Part shown: positions 10,811 through 20,505 of the stretch, one piece after another
Position numbering within the stretch: position 1 is the stretch's first letter
How the letters are laid out: each line of letters starts with the position of its first letter
NCBI GenBank assembly: GCA_965223265.1
Contig: OZ244999.1
Coordinates: forward strand, 2,752,001-2,816,000
Source: Planctomycetota bacterium
Lineage (GTDB): Bacteria; Planctomycetota; UBA8108; SXIK01
Length of the DNA stretch: 64,000 bases
Reading direction: 5' to 3'
The notes under the pieces: generated by a model
Databases searched by the model: none
Told to the model about the DNA's origin: nothing
What the model saw: the letters and a program-made list of their open reading frames with translations, nothing else
Translations under genes and position numbers: made by a program

Positions 10811-13702
10811 CTATCTCGGTTCATTCTGTGGCTCGAGTTTTACGTTCAAATCGGTCACATCTCGACCGCGTTGAACTCGGATCTCCCCGGGGCCGGACGG
10901 TTGCCAGGTTGCCGAGAGCTCTGGTTCTTTGAAGGAAAATGGGGAGTCAGGGTCTTCACGCTCTGACTCTAGAATTTCCATTCGATACACACCGTGATGC
11001 AGCGACTGCGAGAAAGTTCCGTTCGAGCCGAGCTCAGCCGTGACGGCCTCCAGGTCCGACTCACCCGCAGGCTCGAAGTGTAGCCATGCGGTTTTCTGTG
11101 GATTCCATGTCACCGGCAAGAAGACTCGACCACTCACTACAGGGAATGGCTCGAAAGCAACTTTTACCGTGCGCTCTCGGCCTTGTTGGAGGTTGGTGAC
11201 GCGTCGACGAAAAGCGTAGTACCCATCAGGCGCCTCGATCTCGAGCCAGCCGGCTCCGCTCGGAAGTCCGCGAATTCGTTCTCCCGTGGGTGCTAAAGCA
11301 ACGAATACTACCTCTGGTCCTCCGCCGGATTCGCATGTGAAAGCGAATTCGAACCAAGAGTCCTTACCGTTCTGTGGACGATTCGTGAATGTGACGACCA
11401 GCGTTGCCCCCTCGACGAGCTTGCCGACTCGAACCTCCGTGGTCCGGTGGGGGGCCACGACGACACGGTCAATCGAAATGGGTAGGAAGGGGCCCAGTCG
11501 TTCTATCCGAAGCTTGTACTCACCCGGGAGCACTCGATCCAAGAGGATCAAGTCGTCGACCGGTCGTTCGCGAAAGCTTGGTGAGTCATAGCGTCCGTCG
11601 CGTTCGACAGAAATCGTTCGGTCGTCGGATGGCGTCAGAGCACCGAGTGATCCCGGGGGAAGTTGAACACGAACCGATCCGGTCCGGGGGACGACGAACG
11701 TGTTCCTCCCAGGTACTAACCGGTACTTTGAGGTGTCAATGAACTCAGTCGAGAAGTATGAGTTTTCCTTCTCCACAGTCATGTCGAGGTGCCCTGGAGT
11801 ATCGATTTCGACACGGTCCCACTCGGCGACGAACAGCTCTCCTTCGTGGTTTGATACCTGTCCGTTGTTGACGGCGCCGACGACGGGGTTGCCTTCGTCG
11901 TCGACTAAGCGCACTTGATACTTGGTATCGCGACTCAGAGTCACATCGAGGTTGTGTCCCGTCAGCTGCGGTGAGATCTCCAAATCTGTGGACAACAATC
12001 CTTGGGAGTAGATCCATGCGCTGTCTCTCGCAACGACATTGGGAATAACAAAGACACCGTCTGAGTCGCTGAAGAACGTAGTTCCGAGAACAGCGATGCT
12101 TGCCCCGACGATCGGACTTCCCGCCTCATCGAGCACTCGTCCTGTGACCTGATCGGGTCTTATCTCGAAGATCACAGCCTCGTCACTGATGCCGTCGGGC
12201 ATAGTGCGCCATCCATACCCCATGCTGCCAGCGAACAGCGAGACGCCACGGAGAATGTGTTTTCGCGAGGCTTCGCCTAATCGCACTCGGCCGTTGGTGT
12301 CCGTGATGCCTCTTGAATAGGCATGGGAAATATCAGTCGTGCCCACGAACACTGACACAGGTACGTTCGCCACCGCATCCCCGTCTGTCGACTGTACGAT
12401 GATGTCGACCGTGTCGATTGCCTCGAGACGGTAGCTTTTTCGAAAGGGAGTCGACGTGAGCACGACGTCGTCGAATACCGGTTCGTAGCCGAACGCTCGG
12501 ACGGTGAGGAGATACTCAGACCCTGGCCAGAGATTGGCGACCTCGAAGGCGCCCGTCTTTCCGGTTGCGCTACCGATCTCCGAGTGTTTACTGTGTCCCG
12601 GAGGCCACAGCTCGATTTGAGCTCCCTTGATGGGACGTTCTGTCTTTGCGTCGAAGACTTGACCAACGAATCGTGCCGAGAATTGGTTTCGATCCACCTC
12701 CTCGCGTGCCTTCAGCGACTCCCATGAGACGACGACAGTGTGTTGACCTTCCGGTGCAGCCCTGCCGGGCTCGCTGTGGGATGGCCAAAGAAAGCCACGA
12801 ACGGCAAAATCTGCCAGAATCCGGTAGGAAGACGTGGGAGAAAGACCGGTCAAGACAAAGCGACCGTTAGTCGCCGATCGCGCCCGCGGGAGAGCGGCAG
12901 CCAAATTCGGTCCAGACGATACAAACGCGTAGACGCTGACCCCACGGACTGGATCTCCGTCAGGGTCTACGACTCGCCCTTCTACCGACACGCCGGCCTC
13001 GAGCTGTACGGTCAGCGGCTCGGCGTTCCTGCGAAGCACTACGGTCTTCCGGGCGAACCCGCGACCCGAGACCTCGAGGAGCCCCTCTGCCTCAGTCACC
13101 GGTCGCCACACCGAGAACCGCCCTTTGTTATCGGTGGCGCAGTGCGATATAGGAATCGGCCGACCAGAACCCTGAAACCCGAAGAGGGCGTCTGGGTGCG
13201 AGAGCTGCCTCACAGCAAAGAGTTCCGCGATGACACCGACGACAGGCTTTCCAGCCGAGTCGACAACGAAGCCCTCGTGACAGACGCCTCTTGGAACACT
13301 GAGTGGGCGAAGCTCCCGGGCCTCGAGACCAGTAGCGATGAGTTCAAGCGGCTGAAAACGAGGAAGAGACGGGCCGCTTGCGCTAAGAAGAAAAGTGCGG
13401 CGGGCAGGTAGGGCCGGGAACATGAACTGGCCGAAGTCGTCAGTCCTAGCGCGCCATGAAATCTGCTCTTCACCAGGAAAGATCCCTTTCAGAAACAAAC
13501 TCACCTCGGCGGCCGCAACGGGACTTTGATCGTCAGAGTAGCGAAGCGACCCGAGCAAGCCTACAGTTTCCTGACCTGCCAGTGGCGCGCTGGTGTTCAC
13601 GATCAGAGCGACAATCGTCAATCGGAAGATCAATCGTCTGATTGGTGTCCTGTGGCGTGTAGTCCGACGTGCAGGCTGCTGACCAACGGCCGAGAGAATC
13701 AT
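10811..13702 (-). CDS. Secreted carboxypeptidase-regulatory-like repeat protein
   Basis: Repeated GRVVDPDGDPV / GRVLDEAGSPI / TDxxGxF beta-sandwich motifs and an N-terminal signal peptide. Confidence 0.8.
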   Translation of the reverse strand: MILSAVGQQPARRTTRHRTPIRRLIFRLTIVALIVNTSAPLAGQETVGLLGSLRYSDDQSPVAAAEVSLFLKGIFPGEEQISWRARTDDFGQFMFPALPARRTFLLSASGPSLPRFQPLELIATGLEARELRPLSVPRGVCHEGFVVDSAGKPVVGVIAELFAVRQLSHPDALFGFQGSGRPIPISHCATDNKGRFSVWRPVTEAEGLLEVSGRGFARKTVVLRRNAEPLTVQLEAGVSVEGRVVDPDGDPVRGVSVYAFVSSGPNLAAALPRARSATNGRFVLTGLSPTSSYRILADFAVRGFLWPSHSEPGRAAPEGQHTVVVSWESLKAREEVDRNQFSARFVGQVFDAKTERPIKGAQIELWPPGHSKHSEIGSATGKTGAFEVANLWPGSEYLLTVRAFGYEPVFDDVVLTSTPFRKSYRLEAIDTVDIIVQSTDGDAVANVPVSVFVGTTDISHAYSRGITDTNGRVRLGEASRKHILRGVSLFAGSMGYGWRTMPDGISDEAVIFEIRPDQVTGRVLDEAGSPIVGASIAVLGTTFFSDSDGVFVIPNVVARDSAWIYSQGLLSTDLEISPQLTGHNLDVTLSRDTKYQVRLVDDEGNPVVGAVNNGQVSNHEGELFVAEWDRVEIDTPGHLDMTVEKENSYFSTEFIDTSKYRLVPGRNTFVVPRTGSVRVQLPPGSLGALTPSDDRTISVERDGRYDSPSFRERPVDDLILLDRVLPGEYKLRIERLGPFLPISIDRVVVAPHRTTEVRVGKLVEGATLVVTFTNRPQNGKDSWFEFAFTCESGGGPEVVFVALAPTGERIRGLPSGAGWLEIEAPDGYYAFRRRVTNLQQGRERTVKVAFEPFPVVSGRVFLPVTWNPQKTAWLHFEPAGESDLEAVTAELGSNGTFSQSLHHGVYRMEILESEREDPDSPFSFKEPELSATWQPSGPGEIRVQRGRDVTDLNVKLEPQNEPR

Positions 13703-13790
13703 GAGTCGTCTGTTCCAGGTTCTGGGTTGAGCTCACTTGCGGAATTGACGCATGCCTCGAATGCGCGTTCTTGCTGGTGCGCGAAAGGAC

Positions 13791-14039
13791 TCACTCGCGC
13801 CCGACGTGAGACGTGGCGTCGTACCGCTCGATTCGCTCGGAGCTGATCCACGGCTCTTCCTCGAGAACCCACGTCTCGAGTGGTGTATCGAAGGCGCCAG
13901 ACCGGACGAGATAGATCCCTACCGCTGGTCCTCGGTAGAGGGCGATCGAGACGGCGATCGCGATCGCGACCGCCACGCAGGCGCAGAGAATAGCGATGAG
14001 TTTTTGTCTTGATCGCACGGAGAACGACTCCGCCGCCAA
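13791..14039 (-). CDS. Small hypothetical protein with one TM/signal segment (possibly truncated)
   Basis: Starts right after the permease stop on the same strand. Hydrophobic stretch LIAILCACVAVAIAIAVSIALY. Confidence 0.35.
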   Translation of the reverse strand: MAAESFSVRSRQKLIAILCACVAVAIAIAVSIALYRGPAVGIYLVRSGAFDTPLETWVLEEEPWISSERIERYDATSHVGRE

Positions 14040-14042
14040 AGC

Positions 14043-15548
14043 TTACGACCCCTGACCGAGCTCACGCTCTGCCTCGGAAATCAGTGCGACTTCTTCCTCG
14101 GGAGCCTGAGCAACGAGGTACCTGCGACTGTGGAGAAGGTAATAAACGAGGCCGACAACAAGGAAGATCATAACGCCGTAGATTCCCGGGCGCATGTCCT
14201 TGTTCGCGAGCGTCGCACCAAGCGCTACGAGCGACAACGCCGCACCGAGCGCGGCTCCGGGAATCCCGAGCGGGCTTCGGTACGGCCGCGGGAGCTCCGG
14301 CCGCGTCAGCCGCAGCCGAATGAAGCTGAACATCACCATGGCGTACGAGATCACCGCTCCAAAGACTGCCATGTTGAGGAGCACCGCACCGACCTTGCTC
14401 TTCTCGCCGCCGGCGAGGTGAATCGCCAGCGCGCAACCGATTCCCACCACGGCACCGAGAATCAGGGCGACGTGAGGTGTGTGGTGTCGTGAGGTCGGCG
14501 AGATCCAGCGTGGAAAGTAGCCAGCGCGCGACAGAGCGAAGAGGACGCGGCCGTATGCATAGATAATCGTATGGAAGCTCGCGATGAGGCCGGTGAGCGT
14601 CAGCAGCGTGATCAGAACGGCGAATTCGGTGTGGTCGCTCAGCACCGATTGGAAGCCGTCGGCCAGAGGTGCGCCTGAGGCTCCGAGAGCCGCCGCACCG
14701 CCGCCCACCCCTGTATTGAGCACGAGCGTCAGAGCGGAAAGAAGGAGAAGCGTCCCCATGCCGAAGATCAGCGCTTTCGGCATGTCGCGGACGACGTCGT
14801 GCGTCTCCTCGGCAGCAAGGGGGAGTTGCTCGATCGCCAAGTAGAACCAGATCGCGAAGGGAAGCGCTGCGAACACGCCCATCCAGCCCATCGGCAGCCA
14901 GCGGGAGCCGCCCGATTGTGGTTCGATGTTCACCAGCTTTTCGGCGTCGAACGAACCGGTCAGCAGAACGCTCGCATAGAAGATAGCGAGGACTGCGATC
15001 GCCACCACCGTGACGACGAGACCTACCTTGAGCGTCAGTTCAACACCGCGCACGTTGATCCAGAGAAAAATGCCGTACGCGACCAACCACCAGAGCGGCG
15101 CCCAGCGCGCAAGCTGGCTCGAGTCCATCCCGAAGATGCTCGCGAGCAGCTCGTTGAAGTATCCCGCGATGCCGACGACCACGACCGCGGGTGTGACGAC
15201 GTATTCGATGGTGTCGGTGAGACCGCACACGTACCCGGCGGTCGGCCCCATGGCTTGTCGAACGAACGAGTAGAAGCCACCGGCGTGCGGCAGCGCCGCG
15301 GAGAGCTCGGCGATAGTGAAGACCATGCAGATGTACATGACGGCCATCAGCAGCGTCGCGATGCCGAGTCCGCCGAACCCGCCCTCAGCGAGGCCAAAGT
15401 TCCAGCCAAAGAAATCACCGGAGATCACCGCGCCAACGCCGAGTGCCCAGAGCAGCTTCCACCCGGCGCTCTTGCGGAGCTTCCGCTTCTCGAGATAGCC
15501 ATCCGAGACGTTTTCGTAGCGTGCGAGGCCCGACTTCTTTTCCGTCAT
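14043..15548 (-). CDS. eat: Ethanolamine permease (APC amino-acid transporter)
   Basis: Motifs LWALGVGAVISGDFFGWNFGL, ELSAALPHAGG, PFAIWFYLAIE..PLAAEE, GLIASFH and RPYRSP. About 12 TM helices. Confidence 0.9.
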   Translation of the reverse strand: MTEKKSGLARYENVSDGYLEKRKLRKSAGWKLLWALGVGAVISGDFFGWNFGLAEGGFGGLGIATLLMAVMYICMVFTIAELSAALPHAGGFYSFVRQAMGPTAGYVCGLTDTIEYVVTPAVVVVGIAGYFNELLASIFGMDSSQLARWAPLWWLVAYGIFLWINVRGVELTLKVGLVVTVVAIAVLAIFYASVLLTGSFDAEKLVNIEPQSGGSRWLPMGWMGVFAALPFAIWFYLAIEQLPLAAEETHDVVRDMPKALIFGMGTLLLLSALTLVLNTGVGGGAAALGASGAPLADGFQSVLSDHTEFAVLITLLTLTGLIASFHTIIYAYGRVLFALSRAGYFPRWISPTSRHHTPHVALILGAVVGIGCALAIHLAGGEKSKVGAVLLNMAVFGAVISYAMVMFSFIRLRLTRPELPRPYRSPLGIPGAALGAALSLVALGATLANKDMRPGIYGVMIFLVVGLVYYLLHSRRYLVAQAPEEEVALISEAERELGQGS

Positions 15549-15938
15549 GAACTCCTCGTAGGATGGAAAGTGTGCTGTGTGAAACGCCCCATCATAGGTA
15601 GGGGACAGCGGCTGACAACCCTGGCAGACGGAAAAGTGACCCTGCTGCAGAGCACTTGCGTAGATCTACGTTGTGTTCGTACGCGAGAAACTATCTTTCA
15701 GGTCGACGTGAAATATTACGTCGAGTGCGAAGGAGTTCGCCTTCGCAGCTTAGTTTTTTTCGACCCCTCCGGGCCGGCCGATCGACTGCGGCGATGTCTC
15801 TTCCTGGAAGAGCGAGGGCGGCTCCGCGTGAGGCTGCCGCCGAATCATCTCAGGAGAAGTCTTCGAGGCTGGCACCGGATTTGCTCCACTCTTCAGTATC
15901 ATTTGATTCCGTGTTCGATTGAGGCGAAGGAGACGGCC

Positions 15939-16859
15939 ATGGCTCAGTCTAAGATCGCCGTGACGACCGACTTTTCCGAAGAGTCGATCCGTAGCTTTCC
16001 GATCGCAGCGTCGTTAGCTCGAACCTTTCATCGTGATCTGATGGTCGTGCACCAGGCTCGGTTTCCCGACGTCGGACAGATCATGAAACTGCAGGGTGAA
16101 ACGCACCGTGTGGACGAAATCGCTGAGAAACACTGCGCGGCCCTTGAAAGTCGTCTTTCAGAGCTCACCGGCGAAGCTGTGTTTCACGATGTCACGGTGA
16201 CAGGTCGACTGATCCGTGACTGGGGGGTCGATTTTCTCAGGAAGTGCTTGCACGACGAACAGGTCTCGCTGCTCGTCACATCCACCCATGGCTACACGGG
16301 CACGAAGCGTCTCTTCCTGGGCAGCTTTGCCGCCAATGTGGTGCGTGTAGCCCCTTGCCCGGTCCTTGTTTTCAGATCGGATGGATCGCAGGGTTCGAAG
16401 GCCGCGGAGGAATACCGTCCGCGCTGCATCTTGAGTCCGACAGACCTCTCGGAGAACAGCGTGTCCGCTCTCGACCTCGCCACGTCGTGGGCCAGGACCT
16501 TCGCTGCACGTTTGGTGCTACAAAGTGTCATCGAGAAGCCGACGGGCTTCTTGGGGTATGCGAAAAACATGTTCGAAGGGTGGTGGGCTCACGAGCAAGA
16601 AGCCCGTGTAGAGACCACAGCCCGATTAGACCAGATCATCACAGAAAAATGCAGCGACATCGACGCTCGCTATATGATCGGCGTGGGCGACCCGTCGAGC
16701 GAGCTCTTCTCAACTCTCGAAGAGACGGACGCCGACCTTGTGGTTATGGGGACCCACGGGAGGTCTGGATTTCAGGAGTTCTTTTTGGGCAGCGTGGCGC
16801 ACAAGCTTGTCGCCGGCGCGCAGTGTCCCGTCCTTCTTGTTCCTCCGTCAGCGAAGTGA
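15939..16859 (+). CDS. Universal stress protein, tandem USP domains
   Basis: RBS AAGGAG before ATG 15939. Two USP repeats (IAVTTDFS...THGYTG...LGSFA...CPVLV and ILSPTDLS...MGTHGRSG...LGSVA...CPVLLV). Confidence 0.92.
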   Translation: MAQSKIAVTTDFSEESIRSFPIAASLARTFHRDLMVVHQARFPDVGQIMKLQGETHRVDEIAEKHCAALESRLSELTGEAVFHDVTVTGRLIRDWGVDFLRKCLHDEQVSLLVTSTHGYTGTKRLFLGSFAANVVRVAPCPVLVFRSDGSQGSKAAEEYRPRCILSPTDLSENSVSALDLATSWARTFAARLVLQSVIEKPTGFLGYAKNMFEGWWAHEQEARVETTARLDQIITEKCSDIDARYMIGVGDPSSELFSTLEETDADLVVMGTHGRSGFQEFFLGSVAHKLVAGAQCPVLLVPPSAK

Positions 16860-16980
16860 CGGCGCACCGAGGTCCCAACAATCTGACGAGAAGAGCGCGT
16901 CCTATAATCCTTCCCCGAAGAGAATGATCTTGGAGAACACTCGGCGTTTACGGATCGCACCAGCGCTCCGCGAAAGAATT

Positions 16981-17259
16981 CTAATTGGGGCTCCTTGCTG
17001 GAAGTTTGACGGACTCAACTCCCGAGGACTCGCTGGTTCTGACCAGCGAATGATTCATGATCCAGCAATACTCGATGGCGAAAGCAGCGATGACACTTGA
17101 ATCGGTCCTGCGCGCGTCCGACACGTACGATCCCGCGATCCACCTGGCGGTAGTAGCGCCAGGCGCTGATCTTTCCCACGAGGCCCAGACGCTAGCTGCA
17201 GCAACGAACAGCGTCGACACCGCGGCGACAGCCGCTATCTTCACTTGGACGTTCCGCAT
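16981..17259 (-). CDS. Small hypothetical secreted protein or fragment
   Basis: Signal-peptide-like MRNVQVKIAAVAAVSTLFVAAASVWA. No other support. Confidence 0.3.
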   Translation of the reverse strand: MRNVQVKIAAVAAVSTLFVAAASVWASWERSAPGATTARWIAGSYVSDARRTDSSVIAAFAIEYCWIMNHSLVRTSESSGVESVKLPARSPN

Positions 17260-17424
17260 GGCGTGATCGTACCGCGGTCGGGGCATGCGGGCAACGCCGA
17301 GGGGAACGTCGTGGGGGCAATTCCTGTTCATCCGACTTCGCGATCGTGGACCTACAACTCTACTCACACCGACATCTATGAGACACCTTCTTTGTCGTGT
17401 CGGCTTGACCCTAGTGAAAAGAGA

Positions 17425-17811
17425 TCAAAAGGCCGCGAGCCACCTGCACACATGAAACGCCAGGTACGAGAACGGCACGAGCCCATAGGAAAGGAGCGCC
17501 CACTCCCGCCCTGTGACAGCCGTGACGACCAACCCGGTGCAGAACAGAAAGCAGCCCGTTTGCAGGAGCAAAAGCTGGGGTAGGAAACGGATGCCGTACG
17601 GAATGAATTGTTTTGCCTCTGGATAGAAAATCGGAACCAGAATCCACTCTGTCCAGGCGATCAATCCCCAGATTGTCGAAAGGACGCCGACCGCGTGAAC
17701 TGACCTGTGCACCTGTTTTCCGGCTTGCATGTGTGGCTCAAATCCGGAGGTACATCCACTCTTCGTTCCTCTTGCCACCATGGACGAATGTAAAGTATGC
17801 AGTCCGCGCAA
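17425..17811 (-). CDS. Hypothetical membrane protein (start uncertain)
   Basis: About three hydrophobic segments in the C-terminal two thirds. Confidence 0.45.
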   Translation of the reverse strand: MRGLHTLHSSMVARGTKSGCTSGFEPHMQAGKQVHRSVHAVGVLSTIWGLIAWTEWILVPIFYPEAKQFIPYGIRFLPQLLLLQTGCFLFCTGLVVTAVTGREWALLSYGLVPFSYLAFHVCRWLAAF

Positions 17812-18245
17812 ACGCCGTCAACCACTTGGTCTCTGACGTAGACTCTCCCGGCTCAATCGGTCGTTGTACAATGGAGAGTTAGAACAAGTGGAACGAATCG
17901 ATGCTCGGCGCAGACGCGTGGATTCCTTCATACTCACCTTTCTCGCCTCATCATCCGCGTCGCGATCACGAGGAACTGCCGGCGTCAGAGTGGCCTCGTT
18001 GAGAGCCTCAAAAGCAAGTTGGGCATGATCGTCTGACGCGCCTTCAGTTTTCAAAGCGCTTCGCTTTGATCGCGACTCTTTCTCAACAGCGGCGGTATCC
18101 AGCTTGCCCGTCCGCTGCTCGGAATCTACCGACTCGGACTGAGGAGATTTCTTGCGGTCTCCGGGGGCGGTTTGCGCAGGAGAGGACGTCTGGACGCCAT
18201 CCGTCGTCCGGTGAAAACGTCACCCTGTTGGAAAGGAGTCGCCGC

Positions 18246-19901
18246 ATGTGTAGCCCGATGACTCTCGTTCGTTCCTTCCGTATCCGTGCCTTGGTCGCTC
18301 TGGCCGTCTCATTGGTCAATTGCGGTCAAATCACGGCGGCGGACGACGGCTTTGACTGGAATCTCCTGAGCGAGCATCACCTGCCGCGGAGCCGCGCCGT
18401 CGACGTCCTTGCGAAATTTTGGGAGGCAAAGGTTATTCAGGCCATCGTCGACGGTCTCGACTCGCGCAGGGACAGCATGACGCTCCAATTCGAGCTCGAC
18501 GTCTTCGCTGGCGTCTTCGACTTTGGCGACGCGAACGGAGATTTCGTCATGGAACTCAACGTTTCCTACCTCGATGGCGGCGGTTACGAGGTGATTCTCG
18601 GATACGACTTGTCGGGCGGTGTGGCGGTCGGAGTTCCAGCCATCGTCGACGCTGGAGTCGGGGCCGGGCACGACTTTCGCACCGTTTTCCAGTTTCCCTC
18701 CGTGGAGCAAGCGGTTGACGGGATTCAGGCACTTGTGCTCAACGAAGCTCTGGGACCAATCAGTATGGAGCTTCTCGCTCAAGCGGAGGATCTCGCAGCC
18801 GAAGCGGAAGACCTCGTCGACGCCCTGTCCCGGGCTTTGGAAAACACCCGCGGTGTTGTTCGCGAAATTTCGGCTCGCGTGAGCAGCACGGAGCGGCGCT
18901 TCCACCGGTCGAGTCGGTGGGGGCGGCGGATTCTCCACGGGGCGTTGTGGGCACTTCGCAGCGCCCGCGCGGCTGCCATCAACGCGCTGAACGGTGTCGA
19001 ACTCCTGCTGTCGGCGGCTCAGACCCGTGCTGCTGAGGCTGCCGCCGGTGTGAGCGGAACGCGAGCGCTCTTGAGCGAACTCTCAGCAGCGCAGATGCTC
19101 CTTGAAAAGACAGCTGTCGGCATCCAGTTTCGCGTGAAGACTTTCGGCGAGTTGGAGCTTCTTGAGGTCTTCGGTGTCCGCCTCGAGTACTTGCAGCTCC
19201 TTCCGTGGCCGCACTTCGAAGTGAAGGCAAGCCCAGAAGTCGATCTCCGCGCCATCCTCGGCGGCGACGGCACCGTGGAGATTTCGGCGGAAGCCGCGTA
19301 CGATCTGAGCGGCGCGGCGTACTTTCCTCCGGGCGATCTACCCAGCTCTTTCGAAGCCCAGGGCACCATCAAGATCGGCTACCGTGCCGACCTCACCGTC
19401 GACTTGACGACCGGCGAGCTATCCGAGCACTTGTCTCTCGCACTCGAATTCAATGGGGAGACCCTCGATGCGTACGGCGATTTCATTGCGGAAAAGTTCG
19501 GGGACGGTCGCCGGATGAGAATCGAGCTCCTCGGTGGCTGGAGTCTCTCGCTGCCGGATCTCGAACTACCCCAGAACCTGGACGAGGCCTTCGCTGCGCT
19601 GCTGAATCAGCTTCTCGAGCTCGTCCCGGACGAAGGTGGGCTCCGCGTCTCGAGTCAAGATCGATGGGTCACGGAGATCGCCGCTTCCATGGCTGTGGAT
19701 GTCATCGTCGCAGGGATCGGCGTCGGCCTCTCCGGCACATGGGTCGACCAGGGCGCAGACGTCGTTCAAATCTGGACTCCCGCGGGCGGCTGGAGAGTCG
19801 AAGGTCTCCCCGACGACGGCTTCGTCGACAAACGTGCGCGGGCCGTCGTCGTCCAAGAGGCGAAGCACGCGGTGTTCGACTGGCTACGCGCGACGCGCTA
19901 G
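18246..19901 (+). CDS. Hypothetical secreted protein, beta-rich with central coiled-coil insertion
   Basis: RBS AAAGGAG before ATG 18246, signal-like N-terminus, 550-codon ORF with coding-like composition. Confidence 0.7.
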   Translation: MCSPMTLVRSFRIRALVALAVSLVNCGQITAADDGFDWNLLSEHHLPRSRAVDVLAKFWEAKVIQAIVDGLDSRRDSMTLQFELDVFAGVFDFGDANGDFVMELNVSYLDGGGYEVILGYDLSGGVAVGVPAIVDAGVGAGHDFRTVFQFPSVEQAVDGIQALVLNEALGPISMELLAQAEDLAAEAEDLVDALSRALENTRGVVREISARVSSTERRFHRSSRWGRRILHGALWALRSARAAAINALNGVELLLSAAQTRAAEAAAGVSGTRALLSELSAAQMLLEKTAVGIQFRVKTFGELELLEVFGVRLEYLQLLPWPHFEVKASPEVDLRAILGGDGTVEISAEAAYDLSGAAYFPPGDLPSSFEAQGTIKIGYRADLTVDLTTGELSEHLSLALEFNGETLDAYGDFIAEKFGDGRRMRIELLGGWSLSLPDLELPQNLDEAFAALLNQLLELVPDEGGLRVSSQDRWVTEIAASMAVDVIVAGIGVGLSGTWVDQGADVVQIWTPAGGWRVEGLPDDGFVDKRARAVVVQEAKHAVFDWLRATR

Positions 19902-19948
19902 CTTCGTGGGAGACTGTCGGCAAGGAACGCAGACGAGGAAGATAGGCC

Positions 19949-20167
19949 GTGGACCTCATCATGGGCATCATCGAGGTTGTTCTCATCATCTGCGAACTCA
20001 TTGTGGCCTTTCGCAGTCGTGCCAACCGAAAAGCAAGGCGCGACGCGAAGAGTGCTGGACAACCCATACCGAAACGAGACGTCTGGGCCATTCTCTACCT
20101 TGTTCTCTTTTTTCTCATTTTCACCATTGGCGCTGCAATGTTGGCATTTTGGCTATCTCTGACCTGA
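19949..20167 (+). CDS. Small two-TM membrane protein
   Basis: GTG start with GAGGA upstream. Two hydrophobic helices separated by a basic loop. Confidence 0.6.
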   Translation: MDLIMGIIEVVLIICELIVAFRSRANRKARRDAKSAGQPIPKRDVWAILYLVLFFLIFTIGAAMLAFWLSLT

Positions 20168-20505
20168 CCGACGCAGGTGTCATTCGTACGGCGTGATCAC
20201 GCGACCTGCGGAGTTCCCTGGGGAGCGCGCTGCAGCTGCCGCTAAACGGCTTCCCTTCAGGTGCGCTGCGATCTTCCAAGAACTCGGCTGTAAGAACGAA
20301 TCAGCCTCAACGCTCTAACCACCGGGCGCAGTGAATGAAGAGCACAACGAGAACCATGCGAAAGGAGACGAAACGGCCTCGTTTGGATTGGCGTTTCGCC
20401 TTTCCCCACGACAGAATCGTAGAGTAGAGTCGCGCAGAGGCCTGCGGCCGCCGTTCGCAGCGATCTTCACATTCCCAAATGTGGGTCCTCAAAAAAGGAG
20501 GGAAT

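Noticed and set aside
14799-15938. 686-aa ORF as an N-terminally extended USP fusion
   Set aside because: The extension is antisense to the permease and intergenic DNA. A good RBS and start exist at 15939.
20311-20330. CGCTCTAACCA as the missing tRNA 5' half
   Set aside because: Only a short chance match; the flanks do not form tRNA arms.
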